64,000 bases of DNA from the human T2T-CHM13v2.0 reference genome, Homo sapiens, in assembly GCF_009914755.1 (NCBI RefSeq), contig NC_060930.1; one strand, written 5' to 3'. Numbering within the stretch: the first letter of the stretch is position 1; each line of letters begins with the position of its first letter. Of the stretch, positions 1 to 25,800 are shown in pieces. The notes below the pieces were generated by a model. The model made no database searches, was not told the DNA's origin, and saw nothing but the letters and a program-made list of their open reading frames with translations. A program made the position numbers and the translations under genes.

Positions 1-56
1 CTTGATGTGAACTTATGTTTGCATTTCTCTTGGAGAGATTCCTAGGAGTAAAATAG

Positions 57-1903
<1,847 letters not shown>

Positions 1904-2127
1904 TGATGTCTTTTGAGCTCATTTTTGAGTATAGTGTGAGATAAGATTCCATGTTTGTTGATTTATATGTATATATATAATCTATTGAGGTATTGCTATT
2001 TTTTTGTAGTGGATATCCAGTAAGCCTCATCACTATTTGACAAAAAGACTTTCCTTTCTCCATTTGTCGTGACACCTTTGTTGACACCTTCATTTCTGCA
2101 TTCTCAATTCTATTTCACTGGTCTATG

Positions 2128-2345
2128 GCAGAGAACACAAAATATGGCCAGTGGCCTAAATCCAGCCTACTACCTTTTTTTTTTTTTTTTGTAACATTTT
2201 ACTAACATAGCCATTCCCATGTGTTTCCATGTGTCTGGGCTGCTTTTGCACTCTAATGGCAGAGTTAAGAAATTGTAGCAGAGACCACAATGCCTCAAAT
2301 ATTTACTCTACAGCCCTTTATAAAAACAGTGTGCCAACTCCTGAT
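2128..2345. mobile_element. MER58A-like hAT MITE
   Basis: Recalled MER58 motifs (ggcctaaatccagcc; gcagagttaa..ttgtagcagagacc; cctcaaatatttact; gtgccaactcctg). Confidence 0.65.
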
Positions 2346-2599
2346 TTATGAACTTATCATTATGTCAATACCATACTGTCTTTATTACTGTAGTTTTATA
2401 AGTCATGACATCAGATAATGTAAATCCTCCAACTTTGTTTTTAATCAAAAGTGTTTTGGCCATCCTAGATAATACTTTGTATTGCCACATAAATTTGAAG
2501 ATCAGCCTGTCAGTGTCTACAAAATAGCATGCTAGGATTTTGATAGGGATTGTGTAGAATCTATAGATTAATTAGAGGAGAATGACTATCTTGACAATA

Positions 2600-3172
2600 C
2601 TGCTGCCCCTCTGTATTCGTGGGGGATTGGTTCCACAACAACACCCACCCCCCACTCGGCAACCCCTGAAACCCCCACATCCCCCAGCTTTTTTCCCCTG
2701 CTACCAAAATCCATGGATGCTCAAGTCCATATAAAATGCCATACTATTTGCATATAACCTCTGCAATCCTCCCCTATAGTTTAGATCATCTCTAGATTAC
2801 TTATAATACCTAATAAAATCTAAATGCTATGTAAATAGTTGCTATACTGTGTTGAGGGTTTTTTGTTTTGTTTTGTTTTATTTGTTTGTTTGTTTGTATT
2901 TTAAGAGATGGTGTCTTGCTTTGTTGCCCAGGCTGGAGTGCAGTGGTGAGATCATAGCTTACTGCAGCCTCAAACTCCTGGACTCAAACAGTCCTCCCAC
3001 CTCAGCCTCCCAAAGTGCTGGGATACAGGTGTGACCCACTGTGCCCAGTTATTATTTTTTATTTGTATTATTTTACTGTTGTATTATTTTTAATTATTTT
3101 TTCTGAATATTTTCCATCTATAGTTGGTTGAATCATGGATGTGGAACAGGCAAATATGGAGGGCTAACTGTA
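2600..3172 (+). mobile_element. MER2 (TcMar-Tigger) with inserted Alu monomer (~2858-3048)
   Basis: ggggattggttcca...aaaatccatggatgctcaagtcc...ttgcatataacct...ggttgaatcatggatgtggaac...gagggctaactgTA. Confidence 0.75.
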
Positions 3173-3332
3173 TTGCATCTTCCAGTTCATGAGTATGCAG
3201 TCTCTCTGTTTATTTAAAGTTTTAGTTTTTCTCAACCATGTTTACTTTTCAGTATACAAGACTTTGACGTTTTTTGTTAAATGTATTTGTAAGTATTTTA
3301 TTATTTGTGATGTTATTTAAAAAGAAATTGTT

Positions 3333-3648
<316 letters not shown>

Positions 3649-5049
3649 TTATTTTCTTAATTTCATTTTCAGGTTTTTTATTTATTTCTACTATATGGAT
3701 ACATGATTGATTTTTGTATATTGATCATGTATCCTGCAAACTAGCTAACATAGTTTATTATTTCTCTTTTTTTGTGGATTTTAAAGGATTTTCTACATAG
3801 ATAAATAAACACAAATAAACAGTTTTACTTCTTTCTTTTCAACCTAGACTGGATGCATTTTTTGTTTTTGTTTGTTTGTTTGCTTTTTAACTTGCTGCAG
3901 TGACTAGAGAATGTATTGAAGAATATATTGTTGAACAAAAGCAGTGAGAGTGGACATCCCTGCTTTCCCCCTGATTTTAGGGGGAATGTTTTCAGTCTTT
4001 CACTATTTAATATGATTTTAGCTATAGGTTTATCCTAGATCCCTGTTATCATGTTGAGGAAATTCCCTTCTATTTCTAGTTTGTTGAGATTTTTTAATTC
4101 ATATATGGGTATTGGATATTTTTCACATGTTTTTCTTCATCAGTTGAGATAGTCATGTGATTTTTGCTACTTACTATTCTATTAACATGGTATATTACAT
4201 TAATTGATTTTTTTAGGTGTTGAACCAACCTTGCATTCCTGAAATACATCACACTTGTTCATGATGTATAACCTTTTTAATACACTTGAATTCTGTTCTT
4301 GAATTCATTTTTCTAATATTTTGTGAATTTTTTTTGTGTGTATGTACATGATACTGGCTATCATCTTTTCTTGTGATTGCGCTATCTGGCTTTGCTCTCA
4401 GGGTAATATTGGTCTCCTGGCATGAGTTTAAAGGTGTTCCCTCCCCTCTATTTTCTAATAGTTTGGTGAAAATTGGTATTACTTTAAGTATTTAATAAAA
4501 TTCACCAATAAAGCCACTTGGACCTGAGCATTTTTTTGTGGTAATACAGTATTTCTAATTGCTAATTAGATTTCTACTAGAAATTACTGGCACAATTTCT
4601 CTTTTTGTTTTAGGTATATTCAGATTTTCTATTTCTTCCTCAATTAGTTTTTGGAATTTGTGTCTTTCTGCAACTCTCTCCCCACCTGCCCAATTTCAAA
4701 GTTTGTCTTATTAGTTAGCATAATATTGCTTATAATATTCTTTATACCCTTTCAAATTTTGATAGAATCATTAGTGATAGCCTCTCTTTTGTTCTTAATT
4801 TTGGTAATTTGTGTTTTCTCTCTTATTTTCTTTGTCAATCTACCTAAGGGTTTGTTAGTTTTATTGTATTTTTGATTTTATCTATTTTCTCTGTTTTGTA
4901 GGGGGTGGTTTCTCTGTCAGTGATTTTCATTCTAATCTTTATTATTTCCTTCTTACGCTTGCTCTGGGTTTAGTTTTCTCTTATTTTTCTAGTTTTTTAA
5001 GTTGGAATCTTAAGTTATAGATTTGTGAACTTTCTTCTTTCCTGATACT

Positions 5050-5732
5050 AGCTTTGCTGCAGATTTGATGATATTTCTTAATGAATTCAATTTAAAACTA
5101 CCAGGTAAAACAGTACTTATATGTAAAGTTTATACCATGGTAAAATCATTTTGACAGCTAATGTTTAAATTACAAATAATATCAAAATGCTTTGCATATC
5201 TTCTGTGCTGGCAAAAGCTAAAATAAGAAGGAAGATCTGCATTAATATGCTAATTTTCAGCAGATGTATTTTCTGATCTTAAACTCTGAGATAAGACTCT
5301 GATAGGATTCTAAAAATGCCTTTCAAGCAATGAATATGGTCTGTGTTTGTTATTTGATACCAATATTTGGCAGTACCTGTCTGTGTAAAAAGCCATTTTC
5401 AAACATGAAATACAGAAAGTCTCATTACAGATCAGCATAAACATAAGAACATTTGCAGTTGACTGATGTTAGGGAATACTAAATTTGAACCCTAATTAAG
5501 CAAAATGTCATCTCAGAAAAAGAATTGCATTCTTGTGATTAGACCTGTATTACAAAAAGTTCTTAATTATTATGATTATATTTTGAATTTCATCAATGAA
5601 AAATGCATGAAAATTTATTTTCTCATGTTATATAGATAACATCATACATAAGATCCTTGATTGCTTCTTGACCTATAAAACCTAAAATATTTATGATTTG
5701 GCACCTGACAACAAGAGTTTGCCAGCCCCTGT
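5050..5732 (+). mobile_element. hAT-Charlie (Cheshire/MER58-related) transposase remnant with terminus
   Basis: FAADLMIFLNEFNLKLPGKTVLI (5053-) and hATC-like IFGSTCLCKKPFSNMKYRKSHYRSA*T*EHLQ (5363-5458); ends in MER58-type gtttgccagcccctg. Confidence 0.7.
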
Positions 5733-5964
5733 CTAAGATAATATCTGCCTAACAAATTAAAGGGTTACCTGATCTGGGAAATGATAACATCTCTAGCACC
5801 TCTAGAATTTTTCATACACAATGTCTGGCATTCAAAGAAAAATTACTAAGTATTTTTAGCAATAAAATCAAATTACTAAAAGCCAAGAGAAAAAAATAGA
5901 CAATAGGAACAGAAAGATATGTATTATAGATACTGGAGTTATCCAATAAAAATTTTATTCAGGC

Positions 5965-6245
5965 AAGTATATATATATTATATATAACATATTTATACTA
6001 ATATATATTATATAATAATATATAATATAACATTTATAATACTACTTATTAATTTATAATATAATTTATATTTATTAATTTATAATATAATTTATATTTA
6101 TTAATTTATAATGCAATTTATATGTATTAATTTATAATACAATACAAATTATATCCCAATTTATACAATAATTTATAATGTAATTTATTAATATAAATAT
6201 AACAATTATAATATAATAATATATAATGTATATTATATATATTAG
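5965..6245. repeat. AT-rich low-complexity tract / short minisatellite
   Basis: Almost entirely A/T with repeated TTATTAATTTATAATATAATTTATAT units. Confidence 0.9.
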
Positions 6246-6254
6246 CAGAATCTT

Positions 6255-7815
<1,561 letters not shown>

Positions 7816-8183
7816 AGAATATATTTTTGAAAAACAGTCAAAAATAGAGAATTTTTTTCAGATAATTGGAATATATGAGAAAATTTCCCAACCATCACAA
7901 AATCTAGAAGAAAGAATAATACTTCTATTAGTAATTTGTGAAATAACACCATAATGCTCTTTTTCAACTTTTTGGTCTGCTTACCCTTTCATTATTTCTT
8001 TGCATGAGAATAATTGATAATATTATTATATATGTAGACAATAGTTGGATTATTCAGTCTTTCCTCTAATATGATTGTTCATTTCCCACATTAATAGTAA
8101 TTTTGGGTGCCATTTCCTCAGAAAGCATCAGACTTTGTCAGGGTAAACTGTGTAAAATACATTAAGATACAATTGAGTACAGG

Positions 8184-8495
8184 GGCCGGGTGCAGTGGCT
8201 CACACCTGTAATCCCAGCACTTTGGGAGGCCAAGACGGGTGGATCACCTGAGGTCAGGAGTTCGAGACCAGCCTGACCAAGGTGGTGAAACCCCGTCTCT
8301 ACTAAAAATACAAAAATTAGTCGGCCGTGGTTATACGTGCCTGTAGTCCCCGCTACTCAGGAGGCTGAGGCAGGAGAATTGCTTGAACCCAGGAGGAGGA
8401 GGAGGTTGCAGTGAGCCAAGATTGCACCATTGCCCTCCAGCCTGGGCGGCAGAGCAAGACTCTGTCTCAACAAAAAAAAAAAAAGAAAGAAAAAA
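8184..8495 (+). mobile_element. AluS
   Basis: Full dimer; TSD ataca(a/g)ttgagtaca. Confidence 0.9.
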
Positions 8496-8744
8496 ATACA
8501 GTTGAGTACATTGGGATACATAAAAATTTGTGACTTCTTACACAGACATACTCACTCTTTATGGCACTGCTATTGGTTTGTGTTCTACAAATGCAGAAAT
8601 TCTTGATAAATTTTATTTTACACAATTTCCATCAGAGAAAAAAATCCATAGTTGTATGCACTGTGTAACTGAGTATATGCATGACAGGAGAGAACTTTAG
8701 TATGGATTAGATGTTCATGGGAACCAAATCTTCCATTTATAATT

Positions 8745-9061
<317 letters not shown>

Positions 9062-9437
9062 TCATTTATAATTTTTAAATGTTTGATATTTGGAAGAATT
9101 TTCCACAGACTGTTTTTGCCTCTCTACATTTCAATCTTTATTTTTCCTCCACTATACATTTGCTCCCAGTGTTGTCTAAACTATGATATGTTCATGTAGT
9201 GATACAATCTCTGGCTCCGCACCTACGTGTCATGAGGAAGGATGATTTAGCACAGTGAACAGTAGAAATACTCCTAAAATCTACTCCCACATCAGAACAG
9301 CTACCAATAATTTATATATAAATGAAAGTGACTATAAATCACATAAATATATCCTTCTAAACCTAAATTTAATGTATCCGTAGGTCAACTTCTTCTTGGC
9401 TAGATCCCAAAATTGAATATCACCACCTTTCCTTCCT

Positions 9438-9757
9438 TGATAAAGCTGGCACAGGTGTGTCAAGTGATGATTTCATCAGTCCTACAAACTAGAAAAGTAG
9501 AGGAAATGTGCCTTTAGAGCAGCATTGTCAAAGAGAAATGTAATGTGAGCCATGTCAAAGAGAAATGTAATGTGAGCCACATATGTACATTTAATTTTGA
9601 AGTAGTAACATTTTAAATAAAACAGGAAAAAGACAGAAATTAATTTTAATATGCTTTATTTAGCTTAGTACATTCTAAATATTATTTCAACATGTAATCA
9701 AATTAATTTTTTGTGAAATTGATTTTTGAGATGACTTTTTTGTACAAAACCTTTGAA
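9438..9757 (+). repeat. Inverted duplication arm 1 (unique flank plus partial MER33)
   Basis: Reverse complement of 11160-11769 after removing the Alu; contains a perfect 27-bp tandem duplication at 9526-9579. Confidence 0.9.
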
Positions 9758-9973
9758 GGAAGTTGTAATGGAGAGAAAGTTGGAATGGAAAGAGACAATG
9801 GCCTTAACTTATTGTTGTTGAAAATATCTTATTTTTAAAAGGTTACAAAAATACATTTCTTTGCGAGTACATTGCCTGGAACCCCAGCCAGGGACTTGGA
9901 AGGAACTGAGGCAAATGAAATGTCCTGAAGCTTAAGCTTCATTAGCTAGAAGGATAAAGGAGAAACAAATATT

Positions 9974-10011
9974 ATTGGCAAAACCGTAATTACTTTTGCA
10001 CCAACCTAATA
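9974..10011. mobile_element. Half MADE1 / solo Hsmar1 mariner terminal inverted repeat
   Basis: TTGGCAAAACCGTAATTACTTTTGCACCAACCTAATA matches the right half of MADE1 and ends in TA. Confidence 0.8.
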
Positions 10012-10134
10012 ACAATCGGTATGCACTGGAGACTAGGGAGCTGAGAAGACAGAGGACAAGGATAAAAAAGAAACACTCTGCCATTTGCATTTTATCTTTC
10101 TGATGTTTGTGTTGCCTATTAAAAATTAAATTTG

Positions 10135-10757
<623 letters not shown>

Positions 10758-11069
10758 TTACAAATTGGAAATGAGTGGCGAATACATTAGGCACTAAGTG
10801 AACACTGCTAGAAGCCTAACTAAAAAAAAAGTTGACAACCAGTGAATAAAGCATCTATCCAAGAATTCTGAGGGTTATCCATAGACCCTAAATACCAAAC
10901 AACTAGTAGGATAATCATTCCATTTATCATCAACCGTCAGTCTCTCTCTCCTTCACAAATATTACACTGAAATATATCTAAGTATTGCATAATTCAATTC
11001 TTAATTTAATTACATGGATACAAAAATTCTGCTAATATTAATTCAGAAAGTGGAGAACTTGAAAGTTGC

Positions 11070-11690
11070 GCTATGGCCCTAGCCTCATTTGTCTACTAAG
11101 CACGTAAAACGTGCCTAGTACAAATTGAGATGTGCTATAGGTGTAAAATACCTACTGTATTCAAAGATTTTGTAAAAAATTGATCTCAAAAATTAATTTC
11201 ACAAAAAATTAATTTGATTACATGTTGATATAATGTTTAGAATGTACTAGGCTAAATAAAGTATATTAAAATTAATTTTATTCTTTTTCCTGGTTTTTTT
11301 TTTTTTTTTGGAGACAGAGTCTCGCTCTGTCACCAGACTAGAGTGCAGTGGTGCAATCTCGGCTCACTACAACCTCCGTCTCCCTAGTTCAAGTAATCAA
11401 GTAATTCTCCTGCCTCACCCTCCCGAGTAGCTGAGACTACAGGTGCACGCCACCACGCCCAGCTAATTTTTGTATTTTTAGTAGAGACGAGGTTTCACCA
11501 TATTGGCAAGGCTGGTCTCAAACTCCTGACCTCAGCTAATCTGCCCTTCTCGGCCTCCCAAAGTGCTGGGATTGCAGGCGTGAGCCACCGCGCTCAGCCT
11601 CTTTTTCCTGTTTTATTTAAAACGTGGCTACTTCAAAAATTAAAGGTACATGCATGGCTCACGTTACATTTCTATTTGACAATGCTGCTC
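11070..11690 (-). mobile_element. MER33-like hAT-Charlie MITE, interrupted by Alu 11293-11599
   Basis: Matches the recalled MER33 consensus (GCAGCATTGTC.AATAGAAAT...AATGTGAGCCA...CACATCTCAATTTG.ACTAG). Confidence 0.75.
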
Positions 11691-11769
11691 TAAAGGCACA
11701 TTTCCTCTGCTTTTCTAGTTTGTAGGACTGATGAAGATATCACTTGACACACCTGTGCCAGCTTTATCA
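11160..11769 (-). repeat. Inverted duplication arm 2 (interrupted by Alu)
   Basis: About 90% identical by eye to arm 1 in reverse orientation. Confidence 0.9.
11293..11599 (-). mobile_element. AluS inside inverted-repeat arm 2
   Basis: TSD TCTTTTTCCTG at 11282-11292 and 11600-11610. Confidence 0.9.
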
Positions 11770-12190
11770 CTTTTCAAGAGAAAGTTAAATTCCAAAATAC
11801 CAAGAGCAAAAAAACCTCCCAGAATGAGAAAATTACATATCTATCACTATAATTGAATAGATCTATTAAAGTGTTATATAATTACATTGTTTCACAAGTT
11901 TGAAATCATCTCAAGAATTCTCTTTAAAGTAATAAGTAGTTTCTCCAAATAGTTCATTCTAGTTTTTTTATTACCAACACATTTTATGCCTCTCTTAAAT
12001 ATCTTAAATTATATAAAATGAGAATGATGAATTTTTATAATCTTTAGAAAATAATCTTATAAGGAAAAATTTATAAGCAAGCAAAAAACAGACATACAAA
12101 ATCTGATTTTTTTTAAGGAGTCAAATTCATTTATAACAGTAAGTAGTGTACTGGCTTACCCTTCAATATCAGTCTACAGATAAAAAACTT

Positions 12191-13795
<1,605 letters not shown>

Positions 13796-13929
13796 TTTTT
13801 TTTTTTTTTTTTTTTTTAATTTCAGCCATTCTAAAGGGTGACGTCGCACTGTGGTTGTAATTTACATTTCCCTAATGGCAGATGTGGAGCATCTTTACTT
13901 GTGCTTCATTTATGCATAGGCATCCTTAA

Positions 13930-13961
13930 GACACACACACAGACACACACACACACACACA
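13930..13961. repeat. (CA)n microsatellite
   Basis: Interrupted CA run. Confidence 0.9.
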
Positions 13962-14376
13962 ATTATGATTGTGTACAGTGTCACCATGGGAAGTATTTGC
14001 AGTCGCTGGGGATGGAAGACTTTTACGTTGTACCTTCTACTCTTCTTTATGTGCCATTGAAATTTTGTCAAAAGCATGTTAATTTTGAATTTTTAAAACA
14101 AGTTAACTTTAAAAAAAATTTCCTCCTATAGATAAAACCATCTCTATGCTTTATGAATTCTCTAATAGGGCTTCATATGCAAAATATAAGTAGAGTAGAT
14201 TACTCCGATAACCACAGGGTAATCTAGGATTCAAAGGCCATTGTGTTCAATTCTAGAAAAAGTTCTCTCCTATCCATCTCTTCTTTGTAACTCCCCTAGT
14301 TCAGACGTCATCATAAGATAAGACAATGTTATTTATTTCACCTATTTCAAAACTCCATAACCCACCACTTTGATCA

Positions 14377-14736
<360 letters not shown>

Positions 14737-14744
14737 TCAACCCT

Positions 14745-15645
<901 letters not shown>

Positions 15646-15661
15646 ATCAAATTATGCTTTA

Positions 15662-15941
<280 letters not shown>

Positions 15942-16059
15942 TTATGCTTTAATAAAACCTGAACCTTAACAATATCTGCCAAGTGTTTGACTTCCTTATA
16001 TAAAATTAATAAACAAGAAGCCCTCCTAATGGCTTCAGACTATAGGACTGTGGGGTTTT

Positions 16060-17029
16060 TTTGTTGCTTTTGTTGTTTGAGACAGAATCTTGCCCTGTCA
16101 CCCAGGCTAAAGTGCAGTGGCATGAACATGGCTTACTGCAGCCTTGACCTCCCAGACTCAAGGGCTCCTCCCACCACCGCCTCCCAGGTAGCTGGGACTA
16201 CAGGCGTGTGCCACCACTCCTGGCTAATTTTTATATTTTTTGTAGAAAAAGTTTTTCTCCATACTGTCCAGGCTAGTCTCAAACTCCTAGGCTCAAGTGA
16301 TCTACCCGCTTTGGTCTCCCAAAGTGCTGGGATTATAGGCATGAGCCACTGTGCCTGGACCAGGCCTGTGTTTTTTAAAATCTCTGAAGCATGAGATAAT
16401 GGTGATGAGGAAGAAGTGCTGGAGATGCATGGACTGGCAGAACCCTTTTCTCCTCTCAACTGTTTCTCCTACAACCTATTGGTCAGCTAAATGCTGTAGT
16501 GTCCAAAACAGAAGCCATTAGCCACATGTGTCCGTTGAGCACTTGGAATGTGGCTAGTGAGGAGTTAAATATTTTATTTTATTTTACTCAATTCATTAAT
16601 TGAACTAATTTAAAATTTAATGATAATAGCAACATGTCTAGTGGCTGCCACGTTGAACAGAACGACTATAAAGCACTTCTTGCTAGAAGTTTCTTTATCA
16701 TTGTTCTGTCCCTGTCCAATTGCTATTTTATTTTATTTATTTATTTTTGGGGGCAGGGTCTGGCGGTGTTGACAGACTGAAGTGCAGTGGTGCAATCATA
16801 GCTCACTACAGCCTCAACCTCCCAGGCGCAAGCAATCCTCCTCCCTCAGCCTCCCAAGTAGCTGGGATTACAGGTGTATGCTACCACACTCAGCTAATTT
16901 TTGTATTTTTTGTAGAGACAGGGTCTCACCATGTCTCCCAGGTTGATCTCAAACTTCTAACATCAAGCGATCCATCCACCTCAGCCTCCCAAAGTGCCTG
17001 GATTACAGGCGTGAGCCACACACCTGGCC
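16060..17029 (-). mobile_element. Two antisense AluJ (16060-16360, 16725-17029) flanking a MER3-like MITE (~16490-16670)
   Basis: J-type Alus; tagccacatgtg..ttgagcacttggaatgtggctagtg (MER3). Confidence 0.8.
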
Positions 17030-17162
17030 CTGCTATTTTAGTTTTTTGTGTCCTCACAAAGATGTAGAGGAGACTTCTTCTATGAGGGACAAAGTGGGGG
17101 GACAGAGGGAAAAGCACACCTGAACTCCTCCACCAACTTGGACATAAACACCTCCATCATCA

Positions 17163-18410
<1,248 letters not shown>

Positions 18411-18499
18411 CAAATATATACTCATGGTTTTAGAAAGTGTATCAACCTTCAAAATGTTTGAATGGTCCCGTCCAGTTACTTAGACTTTTCCATAGTTCC

Positions 18500-19664
<1,165 letters not shown>

Positions 19665-20502
19665 ATCACTCTTTTTTTTTTTTAGAATCAACTTAGATTC
19701 AAGACCCTGGAATTTTTCTTCTTCATTAGGTCAGAAACCGGAAATACCAACTTTATTCCATTCTGTGCCATAGAATTATCTCTTCCCAGATACTGCCCCT
19801 CTTCCCAGGCATTTTGCAGAGGTGCCATTGAATTTGTTTCGTCACTACTAGGAGAAATCCACAGAATTGTAGTTAGGTGGCTACTGAAGTTTCAAAAATG
19901 CAGAATTTCACCCATTAATGTTTTTATTATTCTTAAAACGTGAAATTAAAAAGGTAGCCTCACCAGACTCTTTCAATTTCAATTCAAGATTACTTTCAGC
20001 GAGACCTGCCACGTGGTCATGGAAAGTCGACTTGAAAGATTTTGTTCCAGCCAGGCCCTGGTTCCATGGGCCAGTGATGCCCGCAGCCCAGCCAGCCATG
20101 CTCGCCATCCTGGCACCGTGGGCTGTCTTGGTTCTGTCTGTCCTCACTGGCCGCATAGTGCATTCTGCCTTTCCTGCTGCCTGCTCCTGGGCCTGCCTGC
20201 ATGTGCACATTGCTGTGGGGCCCCCATGGGAATCCTCACCTCTTTTGTCTCAGTCACTGCGCCTCCAGTTTGCCAAGTGTCCAGCTCTTATGAATCCCTG
20301 GAAAGTAGAAGCCTGGGGAAAGAGCCAACACCAAGGAGGCCCCCAGCTCCCTTCTTCACACCACCGTTCCACTCACTATTAACAGATTTGATGGGGCCCA
20401 TAGAACTTCTGAAATGCTATGAGTGAACATATGCTGTCTCTAAAGCATAGAAAACCCAGCTGCTTCTAGTACCATATGAAATCTTATTCAAAAGAACAGA
20501 AG

Positions 20503-21135
<633 letters not shown>

Positions 21136-21157
21136 TAAAGGCTTTAATAAATTTTAA

Positions 21158-21285
21158 GAGAAAGGAAGGGAGGAAAGAGGGAGGGAGGGAATGAGAGAAG
21201 AAAGGAAGGGAAGGAAGGAAAGAAGCAAGGAAGGAAGGAAGGAGGGAAGGGAGGGAGGGATGGGGGAAGGAGGGAGGGCAGGATG
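21158..21285. repeat. GA-rich low-complexity polypurine tract
   Basis: (GGAA)/(GGGA) runs. Confidence 0.88.
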
Positions 21286-21304
21286 GCAGAAGCTAATTAA
21301 GATA

Positions 21305-21795
21305 TAGTTGACAAATAAAAATTGTATACAGATGCTCCCTGACTTACAGTGGGGCTATGTCCCAATAAACCCATGGTAAGTTGAAAATATTGTGAATGGA
21401 AAATGCACTTAATACCCCAGATAAACCCATGGTGAAGTCAAACATCCTAAGTCAGGACTGTCTGTGTATTTACCCAAGGTGTACAATGTGATGTTTCTAT
21501 ATACGTATACACTGTGAAATGGTTACATCAAGCTGGTGAACATACCCATACCTCACATACTTACTTTTTGTTGTGGAGACATTGAAGATCCAGCCTCTCA
21601 GCAATTTGCAAGTACATAATACATTATTATTAACTGTGGTCACCATGCTACACAATAGATCTCCAGGACTTGCTCCTCCTCTCTAACTGAAACTTTGTAC
21701 CCTTTGACCAACATCTCTCCATGCCCCACCCTAGCCCCTGGCAACCACCATTCTACTCTCTGCTTCCCAGTTCAACCTTTTGAGATTCCATAAGC
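21305..21795 (-). mobile_element. L1MA-like 3' end with nested Tigger4/MER46-like MITE (~21329-21464)
   Basis: gttgacaaataaaaattgtata...gtacaatgtgatg...gcccctggcaaccaccattctactctc; MITE cagatgctccctgacttac...aagtcaggactgtctg. Confidence 0.7.
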
Positions 21796-22125
21796 TGAGT
21801 CTTTATTGTAGACTCAGATATTCTTGTGCGAGCACTGATGAGATGACTACCCCAAAGCCGACATGGTGTAATCAAAGTGTGCATGCTGATACATTTCCTT
21901 AGTTCAGGAATTTCCCCGGTGTGATCAAGTTCTCATGTCGGCAGCTGAGAAAGCCACTGACAGCTGGGGAGCTATTTTCTCCTTTAGTCACATGATGATA
22001 GAGATAATCCTGGATGGGAAGTGTGGGGGAGAGAAGGAGGAGAATGTTCGTTGTTCTGTCCAGAATTGGTAAGGGGGCTCCTAGAGCTTCCTTTCCTGTA
22101 GACTCAGCATCTAAATAACTCGTGA

Positions 22126-23645
<1,520 letters not shown>

Positions 23646-24158
23646 TAATTCTTGATTTCAACTATAGATTATGGCTTCTCTTTTAACTTACAACTACAAA
23701 ATATACCACATAGAAGAGATATGAAGAGAAATGAAAGAATACACAAATACATGCTGTTAGGATGATGTGATATTTTTATCTGTTCTATATTTTCATTACT
23801 TTTAAGATTCTATATTAAAATGGAAAATAAATAAACTTGCTTTCTTACTAATAAAACCTAACCATTGGCCTTAGGCAATTTCACCCTCTGAAGCCTTCTT
23901 TATACTCAGAGTACAAGTGTTAAATATCATATTGGTAGCTTTTTCTGGATTCAAATTGGCCTACAGGTCTCTTACATTCTCTCGAATAATTTCTCTTCCT
24001 CAGACTGTCTCTAAATTTTGATGTCTGGCCTTTCTCTTATTAATTTTGCTATCAAAACCATTACCATATTTCTTCTCAATAATTGGAATTTTTATAAAAA
24101 CATGTTAAATGCTTTTGGCAATCGTTTTATTTCCTACATTGTTTAAGATAAACTTGCC

Positions 24159-24508
<350 letters not shown>

Positions 24509-24906
24509 TCATTAAGCAAACTAATAAAACTATAGACTCACCACTGATTGCATATCATGAACTGTCCTTGTTCAGGAACACTATGTATAGCTGTGCGGGT
24601 GGCTTACGGATGAATGGAGGATATTTGCTAACAGGTGACAAGAGGAAGAGACACCACATGGGCTGGTAGCAGCCCTTTCCTTAGGATTGTGAAATAACAT
24701 AAAAGACATTTGAGATATCTATGGCCTTGCTTTTAGGCACTTATGGGTTGATAGGGGACACTTAAAAAACAGAAAACAGAAGAAGTTTAGGATAGTACTT
24801 TCTTTCTAATTTAATGAATAAACTGTAAATTTCAAAGGTATTTAAGGAAGGAAGAGATGCAAGTGGACTGAAGCATTCAGGTACAGTTCTAAAAGTCAGT
24901 GACATT

Positions 24907-25231
<325 letters not shown>

Positions 25232-25800
25232 TTATGTTAGTTAAGATCAGTGGTCTTATCTATTTTTAGTTACATAAATTTTATGTGGGGACAATTTTAT
25301 CCACAAGGTAGATTATTAGAGACACACACAGTGGTTTGAGTGGTGTCAGGCACCTCCTTCCTCTTCTCAAATACCTTCTTCTAACCCACCCCGACTTCAA
25401 TACCTGGAATCTGAGTTAAGGTACGGCCATCATAAATGGTCTTTTAAAAAAGAAGATATTTCCAAAAGGCTAAACCTACCAAACATGATCTACCCAGATG
25501 ATTCTGATGAATGAGGCTGTTTGTGTCTCAGGTCAAACAGGCCCTCAGGAGAAGATCTGGAGAAGAGACCATAGAAGCCGGGATGCCATCTGATACAGCA
25601 GCCTGTGGTTTTGTTTAGTTTGGTTCAGTTATCCATGGTCATCTGTAGCCTGAAGATATTATATGGAACATTCCATAAATACACAATTTTAAATTTCAAA
25701 CTGTGCTCCATTCTGAGTAGGGTGATGAAATCTCAAGCCATCCTGTTCCATCCTGTCCATTTGTGAATCATCCCTTTGCCCAGTATATTTATGCTGTCTA

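Noticed and set aside
19918-20426. 154-aa and 137-aa ORFs as novel proteins
   Set aside because: No recognisable domain, promoter or splice structure; several overlapping frames are open because of local GC content
21835-21960. Possible C/D-box snoRNA (TGATGA...CTGA)
   Set aside because: C box lacks the leading purine, there is no terminal stem, and it is not inside a host intron
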